Counted from the whole stretch's first letter, positions 33,440-45,283 are shown. The stretch: DNA of 62,459 nucleotides, filler included, from Stramenopiles sp. TOSAG23-2 (GCA_900128395.1; 20 parts of 20 records of this genome joined end to end with filler, not necessarily neighbours in it), one strand, 5' to 3'. A program made the numbers and translations. The notes: generated by a model not told the origin, from the sequence alone.

Positions 33440-35589
33440 ATGAAATTTGATAATACTTCTGCTGCGCCAAGTGGTGGATTTACTTTTGGAGGAGGACATT
33501 CTAGTCACTTCAGTGCAACATCTTCAAATGTTAAAAAATCAACAAACCATAATGGTTTCGGAAGCACAACAAATGGTTTTAGCTTCGGTACAACATCTTC
33601 AAATGTTAAACCGTCGACATCGACCAGCAGTTATCAGGGAGATTATCAGGGAGAATCGCCCTGCAGTTATACACCAGATGGTGTCACCCCAGGTAAATGC
33701 ACTTTTAGTTTTACGCCATTTACGCCATCGGGAAAATTTAAAAGTGCAATTCAAAAATTAGATTCTGTAGGAAATAAAACGAAAAACAACGCGCCGCTCG
33801 CATTTTGGTGTCACCCCAGGTAAATGCACTTTTAGTTTTACGCCATTTACGCCATCGGGAAAATTTAAAAGTGCAATTCAAAAATTAGATTCTGTAGGAA
33901 ATAAAACGAAAAACAACGCGCCGCTCGCATTTGGTTCAACACCATCTTTGGAAAGTGGCAAATCTTCATTTACGACGAACATGTTCTCCATAGTGGGCAA
34001 GAAGTCGGATAATGATTTTAAATTAAAATATCAGCAGCCATGGTATTGTCAAACCTGTGGAACCATGAACAATTTTGACGTGTATACGTGTTCGAACACA
34101 AGTTGTTCTTCTAAAAACATATTGAAGAAAAAACAATTGCAAGTCATTTCGAAAATCCAAAGTCGATTTAGATTCAGAAAAAAGTTTGGTTTAATGAACG
34201 CCGCAATGAAACGTAAGACTTTTCAGGATTGGCACAGTTTTAGTAAAAAATCGAAATCGAGAAATAAAATATGTAAGCAATTGAAGAAAGAAAGTCAAAC
34301 ATCAAGCAAACCACTGTTTGTAACGATGTTAAACATGTTAAAAGAAAAAGCAAGTGTGAATCTTGTCAATACGGATATTGAGAGATATTGTTTCCTAGAT
34401 ATTTTATTGGAAGAAATGGTCAAAAGAAAAGACAATATGTTAAATGCAAGATGTGTCATTTTAGATGACGTTCCACCAATAAAGGAAGTAACAGAGTTTC
34501 TCTATCTCTTGCTTATTTGTGAGAAAATTCATGTGAATTTGCGTTCACAATCGTTTTTGTTAATATTAAAATGGTTAACATGTCATGATTTTAATCATAA
34601 AAACATTTTGCAAAATATAGTTGCATATTTCGGAATTTCTGGCTCATCAACATTTATACAATTCTATACAAAGAACGGGACCGACACCACTGCAAAAAAG
34701 AATGAAAATAAAACAAAACCCTTTGTACGTCATGAGATAAAATCAAGTGGAGGTTTCCAGTTCGATCCAAATTTAAGTTTCAACAACAATATCTTTAATA
34801 TTGCAAAAGAAGATCAAGCGGAGTATTTAAAGGGTGTATTTAAAAAAGATACTAAAGGTGATCCAAAACAAAAAAAACATGCATCCAAGTTAGGTAAAGG
34901 GAAAAATATTTTTGCTAGCTTAGGAATTAAGACGAAAAAAGATCTCGAAGCAGAGAAAAAAAATATTACCAACGCTTCTTCTGCTTCGCGTGCATGTAAA
35001 GAGAAAAATATATTTGCTAGCTTAGAAATTAAGACGAAAAAAGAGATCACCAACAACGTTCTAAACGATAAAAGTCATGTTGCAGCAGTCTCATCTGATA
35101 TAAAATGCAATATCATGATTGTAATGATTCATATAATGCAAGAATATGGTAACAGTGATAGAAGAGACAATTTATATGACTTATCTGATGATATGAAATT
35201 ATTTGTTCGTGATTTCTTAATCCATATTTACTTAGGAAGTGTCCAACGAACAAAAACGGAGTTGGAATTTATCGAAGTTGACAAGGTCACGAATAATAAT
35301 GAGAAGAAGCAATATCTTTATGCAGAATTATCTGAAGACAAAAAGAACGTAATATTTATGACGACAAAAGGACTGTCAAATGATAACGTAGTGATTGAAT
35401 ATCGATTGAAAGCAAGGAGAAAAAGTACAGCTGTGGGTTGGACAAGATTTCCTATTGTTACATACGACAGTGTCAAAAAATGTTTTAAATCGGAAACGTT
35501 GGCGAAAGGGACATTTGGAACAGATAGCGAAATTCGCTTAAAAATTAATGACATAGTTGTAGATACTACTGATGAAAAAGAGGCTTTAA
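33440..35589 (+). CDS. FG-rich N-terminus + RanBP2-type Zn finger + unknown domains (3' truncated)
   Basis: GGFTFGGG, GFGS, GFSFG, LAFG; WYCQTCGTMN-x6-C-x4-C; IQ-like IQSRFR. Collapsing the 127-bp duplication (33680-33934) joins ORFs 33440..33823 and 33948.. in frame (PLAFGSTPSLESG). Confidence 0.6.
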
Positions 35590-36320
35590 NNNNNNNNNNN
35601 NNNNNNNNNNNNNNNNNNNNNNNNNNNNNNNNNTTAATTAATTAANNNNNNNNNNNNNNNNNNNNNNNNNNNNNNNNNNNNNNNNNNNNTCGTTGTTTAT
35701 ATGTTATTGATTTTTGTCTGTGATGTTATTGGTATATATTTATTTACCAACAGATAAAGTTAAGTTGTTTATAGTGGTGTGTTGATGCTAATGTGTAACG
35801 TATAATATTAGTGTGTAGTGTTAGTGTGTGTGTATTAAACTTGTATTGTTGTGTTGTTAAAAAAAAAGGCTGTGGGCTAAGTAAAGATAATATGTATACT
35901 ATATGATAATTTTAATAGGAATTTGGCAGTGATGAGGAAAAAAAGAGGCTATATCGCTATATCCTCCTCGTGCTATAATAATACGTCTTCATAAAGTAGT
36001 GCTAAAACCAGTTGTTCTGATGATGTGATTATGATGAGATAATTATAATGATAATAATAATAATAAACCAAAAGGAGGAAGAAAGGAAGTATTTGATAAC
36101 TAATAAACTAAAATACATATATATATATCAATAGTAATGGGATAACAGAATAAACGTATGTCATTTTGTAACACGCATATATAAATAATATAATAGAAAG
36201 AAATCCAACATGATTATTCCATATTTTTGCCAACGTTTGTCTTGTATCTGTTTTGTTCTTTTCATTCTTATTAATACTACTGTTTTATCAGCAAAATAAT
36301 ATAATAGAAAGAAATCCAAC

Positions 36321-37271
36321 ATGATTATTCCATATTTTTGCCAACGTTTGTCTTGTATCTGTTTTGTTCTTTTCATTCTTATTAATACTACTGTTTTATC
36401 AGCAGTAATACGTCGTCCAGCACCGCATGGTAACTGTTATCATGAAAATACATTGTATAAAAAGTTAATAGAAGACGAAGAAGTAAATGCTGAACCTCAT
36501 GCTGATGGAGATAGAATGGAGGAAGAATATAAGCCAAACACTGCTATACCCGCTGGCACTACAAGTGGATGTCATGCAGGTAATACTGATAGAGCACAAT
36601 GTAGATTAATAAGTAACGAGCAGTATTATACATGGTGGAAAGGTAAAAATCCTAAAAAACAATGTTCGTGGTGCGTAAAAGGACAGAAAAAAAAATGTTT
36701 GAGTTGTGGCGATGTAAATGCAGAAATTGATGACGGCTGGTATTGTTCCCCAGGGAAATCAGAATGCGAGAATGGTGTAGTAGCAGAAGAAGGGAAGCCA
36801 GGTTCAAAAGGTGGCTTTTATCCAAATTTAATTTCCAATGGCTATATGCACCATGGTATCAAACGTATTCCTTGGACAGCAAAAATGTTTTGTAGAATGA
36901 TGCAAAAACATTTATCAACTTTTGTAGCTTCAGCATATCCTCCCGTAGATATAGCATGGCACTTTACAGTTTATTGTCGAAATATTTTAGGGACAGTATG
37001 CACCGATCAATGTGAAAGATTAAGTACTTTGTATGATCAATCATCACGTCCTTCAACAATCCAAGATAATTATGATGAAAATGGTGGAATAATTAAAGCA
37101 GCTCAACCTCAACCATCGGTATCAAATTACAAATTAAGTCATGTTGATTGTTTTCGATGTTTAGAACTGGATATGTGTACCCCGGAGTGTATGTTAAATG
37201 GCGATTGTGCTGAATGGGATGATTTTTCACAAGATGCACCAATGAAAGCATACGATTATCTTAAAATGTAA
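36321..37271 (+). CDS. Secreted cysteine-rich protein of unknown function
   Basis: Hydrophobic signal peptide, PSI-like CSWC...CLSC, further CxxC pairs; 316 aa. Confidence 0.65.
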   Translation: MIIPYFCQRLSCICFVLFILINTTVLSAVIRRPAPHGNCYHENTLYKKLIEDEEVNAEPHADGDRMEEEYKPNTAIPAGTTSGCHAGNTDRAQCRLISNEQYYTWWKGKNPKKQCSWCVKGQKKKCLSCGDVNAEIDDGWYCSPGKSECENGVVAEEGKPGSKGGFYPNLISNGYMHHGIKRIPWTAKMFCRMMQKHLSTFVASAYPPVDIAWHFTVYCRNILGTVCTDQCERLSTLYDQSSRPSTIQDNYDENGGIIKAAQPQPSVSNYKLSHVDCFRCLELDMCTPECMLNGDCAEWDDFSQDAPMKAYDYLKM

Positions 37272-37875
37272 TTATAATTACGAATTTGATATCCCGGAGT
37301 GTATGTTAAATGGCGATTGTGCTGAATGGGATGATTTTTCACAAGATGCACCAATGAAAGCATACGATTATCTTAAAATGTAATTATAATTACGAATTTG
37401 ATATCTAGATATAATATATATATCTTTTTAATATATTTGATTAAACACTGTTTGCAACTTTTAATTCTACTACTGCATAGTTGCTACTATAATTGGACGA
37501 AAAACATTATTATTATTTTTTTATAACTTCTAAAAGATTTCTCTTTAGACTACTAATTCTATACTTAATTATATGGACACAATCCTAAAAAAAACAAAAA
37601 AAATAATGAATCACGTCTATTCGTCCTCCCCAATTTTTCTTACTACTAATAAGCACCTACAGCTGTACTAAGTTCGAATGAGCTTACACATAAATATACA
37701 AAACAACCACCACAAGCGAATAACAAGCTGGAGAAATAATGATCAAATTGTATATATATAGATGTAAATAAAGTATGTACAGGCCGATTAAAGTAAGGTA
37801 TCCAGAGAACCATACATTTTTTCAAGATGTGGAGAAATAATGATCAAATTGTATATATATAGATGTAAATAAAGT

Positions 37876-38463
37876 ATGTACAGGCCGATTAAAGTAAGGT
37901 ATCCAGAGAACCATACATTTTTTCAAGATGCAGATCTATTATATGCGAAAACAATAAAAAATTCATCAATAGGTTTTTATGATACATTAATTGGAAAAAA
38001 TCAACTAAAAAAGAATAAATTCGTATCGAAATTTCCTTGTGGTGTTAACGGTTGTAAAGTACATTTTATATCAGTGGAAAAATATATGATGCATTATGAA
38101 GCAGCTCATCGATTTGCATGTAGTATATGTAATTTATCATTGCCTGGTCCACGATATTTAGATATACATTTACGTGAGGTACATGATAATTTTTTCCTTG
38201 CACAAAATGAAAGACAACCAATGTACGAATGTTTAATAGAAAACTGTCCATATAAATTTTCTTCACATTTAGAAAGAGGAGAACATTTAGTCAATATGCA
38301 TAATTATCCTTCTGATTTCAATGATATTATCATTGGTAAAAAATATGTAAAACAAAATAATCATAAAAAGAAGAAGAAAAAGAAGAAGAAGAAAATGAAA
38401 AGTAATAAAAAATCGTCATTATCGTGTAATAATAATCGTCGTAAGAATCGTTTGTGTGTTTAA
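37876..38463 (+). CDS. ZNF511: ZNF511-like C2H2 zinc-finger protein
   Basis: FPCGVNGC...HYEAAH..CSIC...LDIHLREVHDNFF....ERQPMYECLIENC..KF....R.EHLV..HNYPSDF matches ZNF511 spacing. Confidence 0.82.
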   Translation: MYRPIKVRYPENHTFFQDADLLYAKTIKNSSIGFYDTLIGKNQLKKNKFVSKFPCGVNGCKVHFISVEKYMMHYEAAHRFACSICNLSLPGPRYLDIHLREVHDNFFLAQNERQPMYECLIENCPYKFSSHLERGEHLVNMHNYPSDFNDIIIGKKYVKQNNHKKKKKKKKKKMKSNKKSSLSCNNNRRKNRLCV

Positions 38464-38964
38464 ATTTAAAAAATTCCTCCCAAGTAAACCTGGTAAAATA
38501 TCATTTTTTATAAAAATAAAAAAAAATATACGAGTGTTAGAGTAAAATTTTAAAAAATCGTCTTTTATATTACACTCGTCGTGTCGTCGTAATCGTCGTA
38601 AGAATCGTTTGTGTGTTTAAATTTAAAAAATTCCTCCCAAGTAAACCTGGTAAAATATCATTTTTTATAAAAATAAAAAAAAATATACGAGTGTTAGAGT
38701 AAAATTTTAAAAAATCGTCTTTTATATTACACTCGTCGTGTCGTCGTGATCAATATAAAATTTACACTTCTCACGATTGTATAATATCTAACGATTCTTC
38801 TGGTGCCAATGAAATCATTTTTTGNNNNNNNNNNNNNNNNNNNNNNNNNNNNNNNNNNNNNNNNNNNNTTAATTAATTAANNNNNNNNNNNNNNNNNNNN
38901 NNNNNNNNNNNNNNNNNNNNNNNNAATTGTATCTCTCTATTTATATACATATATTGACACGCAT

Positions 38965-39001
<37 letters not shown>

Positions 39002-39100
39002 CAATTACTATTCTAACTATAGATTCAACATTGTTGGCACTTGTAACTTGGCACATTATTTTGTTGTGTGGTGATTCAAAAAAATAATTCTAATAATAAT

Positions 39101-39597
39101 GACTTCCGGATTAACAGGTACACAGCACTGGTTATTTGTTCATTGTCAATAACCAGTCCTGTGTACCTGTTAAAACAGTATTTGCGTCGACATTATTATT
39201 ACCAGCCATGGTCGTGATGTATGGTATATATTTATCGTATATAATATATATATATATATATATATGTAATATATATGTATGTATGTACTTTACAATTCAA
39301 TTTGCAATGTCTGTGTTCTATTTGTAAAAAATTTTTGAAATATATTATTATTCTTTTAGTTATGTGCAACGTGCATGTGCTTATATTTGTTTGTTTTTTT
39401 GTGAAAGCATTTTGCTCCTAACCCTATGGCTCACCAGGATAATTCTTAAAAAATCGCTAAATTTCTCTTGAATATGGTGATTCTTATTTAGAATACTAAC
39501 TATTGTACTTCATTATATGATATTTTCCTACCGATTTCCGGATTAACAGGTACACAGGACTGGTTATTGACAATGAACAAATAACCAGTGCTGTGTA
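39101..39597. repeat. Two copies of a palindromic hairpin element in opposite orientation
   Basis: 39111-39173 has a 26-bp stem (1 mismatch) and an 11-nt loop. 39543-39597 is the exact reverse complement of 39119-39173. Both are preceded by GA(C/T)TTCCGGA. Confidence 0.9.
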
Positions 39598-40057
39598 GGC
39601 GCATCACTTTTATGGATAATGGACCCGATTAGGTTTATTGACATTATATTATCACCCGTTCTCCCTTCTCTTAACAAGGACAATCAGGACATCCAATTCA
39701 ATGTGTAATACTAAATCGATGTAATTTTACTAATGGCCAACATTTGACGACAAAAACAAAATCTATACAACAATTTAAGCAAGAATTGCAAGACATGAAA
39801 TAACTTGAAAATTAACATTAATAACAATTGTATAATTTTAATGACATAATAAAATGGGGTAGGCAAAGTGTGATGTGTGATGTGAAACATCGCGCACACA
39901 AATTTCGCAAAAGAAAAATATACATACATATTATGAGTAAGAAAAGAAAAGAAAAGAAAAAGAAATGTTATTGATATATAACCAGGAAAAGTAATTATTT
40001 ATCAATCATAACAGAAAAAAATAAAACAAAACTAAAACATACAAGAAAATCGCATCT

Positions 40058-41800
40058 ATGACATCTCTAGTTACGGACAATACAGCTAACAACAACAACA
40101 ACAATAATAATGTTGGGAAATGCAGCTTGACAAAGCCTAGTTGGCCTAGGAGAAAGGGTAATGATAAAGTTTATATTCAGGGGCGTTTAAAAAAAAATCG
40201 TAACTTTAGTCTTGGATCTAATATATTAAATGAATTAACGAATTACAAAGATATGGTAGATTATGTCAATAACTCGATTAATATGGACGTGTCAAAGATT
40301 GAAGATAAAGTGCAAAAGGATGGAGCAAATTTAAATGAGTATTTAGAACAGAATTTAGGTAGCTTGCAAGAGTTAGATATCGGCTCAAATCATCACAAAA
40401 TATACGATCAGGAAAGTCGAATTAGAGAACATTTGTCTGATAAATTTGTGAAAACGTACAATGACCCGAGGTGTCATTACGAAACGTCTTATTATAAGAA
40501 GCAACACCGCGAACCTTTACGTTGTTTTAAACAAAAACAGATAAAACCAAGAAAATGTGCTGAAGATCAGACAGCACATGACGTGGGATATTGCTTGGAA
40601 ATATTTGTGAAAGACTTTATGAACGCTAATGGTTGTCCAGAATGCAAGCTATTCAATTGTTTTGTAGATGGTGGTACCTTACCTTGGGGCGATTGTATTT
40701 GCATGTCGAAAGTTTGCCAAGGAAAAACTTTTATTGAAGCGAAGTCGAAATACAAAGAGAATGATATTAACCAAATTTTAAAGAACAAACAAAAGGAAGC
40801 AGGATCATATATGCAATACGTGAAGCAACATTTAGCTGGAGTTGAAAATCATTACTTGTTTTTGTTGTCAAATAACTTTGAACAATGTGGTGATTCTGTA
40901 TACTTGATGAAGATCAAAGACATTCATCCGTGTATAAATGACAGCTTTTGCGCTGACTTTACACAATCAGGAGGAAAGAGAGGATCGCTTAAGTCGATGG
41001 TTGAATGGGATATAATGAAGTCAATTCCGTTGAATAATTCCTTGCAATCTTATCCTTCAAGAAAAGATTTGCTGGAAGCAATTACTTTTGCAAAGAAGAC
41101 ATGCAATTCAGTTAAAGATATAAATTATGCTGAAAAAGAAACACAATTAGATTTAGAATTCAGGAAAAAAGGGTCTATTGGTATAAAATTTACTCAGTGT
41201 ACGCATACCACTGGTAAAGTCAATTTTACATACGGCACAAGAGGTAACTGTGATGATTCTGAACGTAAGAAAATAGCAATCGGCGATGAAATTGAAATAA
41301 AGGGTAATCGAAATAGAAGACCACTTAAAATTCATGTTCGTCGTACTAGAAGACCACTTAAAATTCATGTTCGTCGTACAGTCCTGGAAAAACGTCAAAG
41401 TGAATTGAAAAAAAAACAACCAGTAAGCAGTAAAAACAATGAAAACAACCGCAGAAATGTAAATGTTACTGAAAATGTGTTGTCTGATTTAGCAAAATTA
41501 TCTATACGTACGACTGGAAGACAACATACAAATAGAAGACCACACCAAGGCACTCGTAACCGCTCTCACCATGGTCGCTCTCACCATGATAGCTCTTATC
41601 ATGATAGCTCTTATGATGACAGCTCTTATCATGACAGCTCTTATGATGATTACTCTCGCTATGAGAATTTGCAAGAACATATTCTTGACAGGTATGAACG
41701 TCGGAACAAATATGTACGAAACCAGGTTAGTTTGAAAAATAGCTCTGGGTACGATGGTCACCAGAGAAGGACAAAAAGAAAAGGAAAAAGAGACTACTAG
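40058..41800 (+). CDS. Orphan protein with a DpnI/DRP-like PD-(D/E)xK nuclease motif pattern and a low-complexity tail
   Basis: LEIFV...CPEC...PWGDCIC..(x4)C...IEAKSK...GSY...HYLFLL; 33-bp in-frame duplication (RRPLKIHVRRT x2); HDSSY 15-bp repeats at about 41566-41660. Confidence 0.6.
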   Translation: MTSLVTDNTANNNNNNNNVGKCSLTKPSWPRRKGNDKVYIQGRLKKNRNFSLGSNILNELTNYKDMVDYVNNSINMDVSKIEDKVQKDGANLNEYLEQNLGSLQELDIGSNHHKIYDQESRIREHLSDKFVKTYNDPRCHYETSYYKKQHREPLRCFKQKQIKPRKCAEDQTAHDVGYCLEIFVKDFMNANGCPECKLFNCFVDGGTLPWGDCICMSKVCQGKTFIEAKSKYKENDINQILKNKQKEAGSYMQYVKQHLAGVENHYLFLLSNNFEQCGDSVYLMKIKDIHPCINDSFCADFTQSGGKRGSLKSMVEWDIMKSIPLNNSLQSYPSRKDLLEAITFAKKTCNSVKDINYAEKETQLDLEFRKKGSIGIKFTQCTHTTGKVNFTYGTRGNCDDSERKKIAIGDEIEIKGNRNRRPLKIHVRRTRRPLKIHVRRTVLEKRQSELKKKQPVSSKNNENNRRNVNVTENVLSDLAKLSIRTTGRQHTNRRPHQGTRNRSHHGRSHHDSSYHDSSYDDSSYHDSSYDDYSRYENLQEHILDRYERRNKYVRNQVSLKNSSGYDGHQRRTKRKGKRDY

Positions 41801-42156
41801 AAACCATGCTAGTTCGAGTATATAAACTACAGATAAGTACAAATATCAGAGAAGATGTTTTAGAAATCTGGTTATTAAACATACCAAATATAAAGCGAGT
41901 ACGGCAATATTGAGCAGGTAATGATCATACGGGTATAAATAAATAACGTTGGTGGTAATAATATTGTCTTGCGTAACTCTCTCTCTCACTCTCTTTCGTT
42001 TTTTTTGTTTTTTTATTCTTTTATTGACAGATTATCAATCATAGCAGAAAGATCGNNNNNNNNNNNNNNNNNNNNNNNNNNNNNNNNNNNNNNNNNNNNT
42101 TAATTAATTAANNNNNNNNNNNNNNNNNNNNNNNNNNNNNNNNNNNNNNNNNNNNC

Positions 42157-45100
42157 ATGACTGTTGAACACCCGACCGATAGTAACACTGCCAACAATGA
42201 CATTTCTGAGAATACTGAAAATGAAGTAGAGGAAGAAAGAATAAAGTGGTCCACTAAAGTAATCAAAAAGGTTCGTAGGCGTACCCTAAATGTTGTAAAA
42301 AAAAGGAAGTGGTCCACTAAAATACAAAAGATTCGCCGGCATACCCTGAATGTCGTATCAAATGGAAGATTGAATACTGAAGTAGAGCTATCGTCTTACA
42401 ATAATGGCGAAATTTGCCGAATGCGTTGGTGGATTTGTGTGAAGCTAGGTATTTACTTATATTACCTTTTATATTATCTCACTATTTTCGGGATTATACT
42501 AGCATTTGCACTAGCATTTATTTATTCATTGATAGAACCTTGGTATTTTGGTTTTAAATATCTTTATGTAACTGTTTCGGGATTTGACGATTATTATGAG
42601 CAAATTCGCGTTGAGTATGTAACGTCATGTATAATTGCATGTGTATCGGTCGTTTTCTCTATATGTCATATTTTGTGTTTTATTATGTATGCATGTTATA
42701 TTCCAGATACGGAAAACCCACCCGTTATTATATCATGTTTATTAACGATCGCTACTGGTATTACTGGCTTAGCATTCGTTACTTACTTCGTTATGGTATT
42801 GTGGCGTTTACCAAGATTATTTTTTTTATCAAGCAATGACTGCAAAAAAAATTATTATTATCATACATATAATAGTGAAAGTGTAGAAAGCACATCATTG
42901 TTCAACTCATACAGAGAATGCCGAAAATGTCCACCGATGACTTTCACCAATAAAAATGGATCATTTTCCTGTAAAGCTATTACAAATTATGTATGCCCTG
43001 ATGGTATGGGGATAGAGTATTTTCCGGTATTAACAAACACCAGTAGCTTTTTAAAACCAGTATGTGTTACATGTAAAATTGGATACTTCAGCAAGAATTC
43101 AACATGTGAGCCTTGTCCACCAGGTCATTCTTCGGCTATTGGATCGAGGTATTGTTACAACTGTGGGCCGGGGCGGTACTCGTACAACAATACGGAGAAA
43201 GTCTTACATTGCCCATTGTGTCCAAAGGGGAAATATTCACTCAATGACGGTAACATTATTTGCAAAGACTGTAGTCGTGGGAAATATACCCTTAAAAGGG
43301 GGCAAATACACGCAGCAGCCTGTATTACATGCAAAAGCAACAAATTCTTTGTTTTGAAAAATACCGAAGACCATGCAAACCAAATTTCCATCGGATTGAA
43401 GCTCGAATGTCAAAATTGTCCTTATGGCCAATATAGCAACGACGAGATTGGTTTTAAATGTAAATCATGCCCCATTGGAAAATTTATGCCGAAAGGTGGA
43501 AGACAAAGCGAAGCGAGTTGCACGCTATGCCCAGCGGGGAAATTTGGACACTCATATTACAATAAAACATTTGGATCATTTTGTTCTGATTGCCCCATAG
43601 CAAAATATACCAATAAAATCGGCAGCTAGCATTGCACTTCGTGTGTGCGATCAAATAGTTTTACAATTGTAGCAGGGGAAAAATCTTGCAAGGAATGCCC
43701 GGTTGGAACATTATCTATTGGTTATAAATGTTGCCTGCCCAGTTTTAGCGCCTCATCATCATTTCAATCAAACGATACCACCTGCTCAAAATTGGAGATA
43801 TTATCACCATTTGGAAATTTCACTACTATTGAAATACCTCATGATAAACAACTGGCGATAGAAACAACACAGTATTGTACGTTGGCATTACTTATCATTG
43901 GGGTTCTTTTTTTCCTATTGTCGTTTTTTTTCAATGGAATGCGGAAAAAGATGAAAGATCCTTTGCAAAAAAAAAACACTTCGAGTAAAAAGACTGACGT
44001 CATACATGCAGATGTTCAGTCACCAAAAGAGATTCATATGGTGCGTATTTTTCATGATTCAAGGAAACCAGATCCCCTAGTAGATCTACTACAAAATGAA
44101 ATTCCAGACAAACAAGACTTAGAAAAGCTAGTAGATTTTGAGAATATCGACACTGCAGTGAAAACAAACATTGTCGTTTTATTTCTAGAAGATAAGATAT
44201 TTATAAGAAACGGAAAAGGAATGTTTGAAGAGACGCACGGTTCAGTTGGTAATCAACTTTCTGATCTTCGGCTAATCATTGGTATTTTTTAAAAAAAATG
44301 GTATCAAGGCGAGACTCACGTTTTAACTTTACGACCTGTGAGATGGATAATCACGTGTTTATATTTTATTGACAGCGACAAGTTAAACCAGGAGGAAGAT
44401 ATTATTGGTAAACAAAATGGGCATCTCCAGGTCAAACTACCATTTACTAAAGTATTGCCTGAAACAAAGGGCATCCTTTCAAATCTAGATATTGGAATTA
44501 GCCGCAGCAAATTATTTGAAACTTATTCAAAAGCAATTATGAATGGTTGTGGGTGGCAAAAACAAGAAATTCACTTGGAAATATTTGCAGGGACAACCAA
44601 GTATGGTTTGAAAGATGCAATTCCTTTTGAATTAGAATCGGGTGATAATTTGACAGAAATTATATCCCTAAATGTCAAATTTAAACATAGAGAACAAGAG
44701 GAAGAGGAACAAAAGAAAGAGGAACAAGAGGAAGAGGAACAAGAGGAAGAGGAACAAGAGGACGAACAGCTTCATTTGTACTTTTTTTGTGATCATTGCG
44801 AAAAGAAAATTGTCGGTAAACGTCATAGCTGCGAATATTGTATGGATTATGATTTGTGTCAAGATTGTTATAATAATCCATTGATATTACAAAAGGCACA
44901 TTTAAATTCACATCCAACTCATACATTTGATACAATTGATGGGGAAATTGCACTGGTGAATGATGATGAGGCTGAATTTGATTATGATGGCCGAAAATCC
45001 TCCGGAAAAAGTTCTAACATATATCGTCGTGGTGATTGTGTAGAAGCAAAAGTAAAAGGTTGGACAAAATATTACGGTGGTGAAATTATACGTGTAAACG

Positions 45101-45283
45101 ATGATGGAACGTATGATATTAAATTTAATGATGGTGAGCGTAAATGTGGAGTTAAAACATCTGAAATCAAAGTTGGAAAAGATGACGATGATGAATCTGA
45201 TTATGACGATCGTCGTTCAAAACAGAGTAAATCACCAAAAAAGAAATCATCTACTGGTAAAAAAATACGCCGTGGAGATCGTG
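42157..45283 (+). pseudogene. Multi-TM + Cys-rich (GCC2/GCC3, ephrin-receptor-like) repeats + TM + ZZ finger + Tudor-like domain; one frame with two internal stops
   Basis: ORFs 42157..43629, 43645..44292 and 44338.. share a frame, separated only by TAG (43627-9) and TAA (44290-2). CxxCPxG repeats, FCDHC...CEYCMDYDLCQDC, GDCVEAKVKGWTKYYGGEI..VNDDGTYDIKFNDGE. Confidence 0.65.

Noticed and set aside
39060-39209. Hairpin as an intron or TTAA-excised element interrupting a minus-strand ORF (MAGNNNVDANTVL...)
   Set aside because: I tried both GT-AG splicing and precise TTAA excision by hand; each meets a stop within about 10-15 codons.
21490-39426. Telomere-like TAACCCT/TTAGGG words (about 21491, 33084, 39419)
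   Set aside because: Isolated one or two copies, not arrays.
42157-45283. Genome-wide stop-codon reassignment (TAA/TAG read as sense)
   Set aside because: MCCC2 ends at its conserved GVFRM with TAA, and long conserved ORFs (988, 652, 621, 443 aa) contain no internal TAA or TAG.
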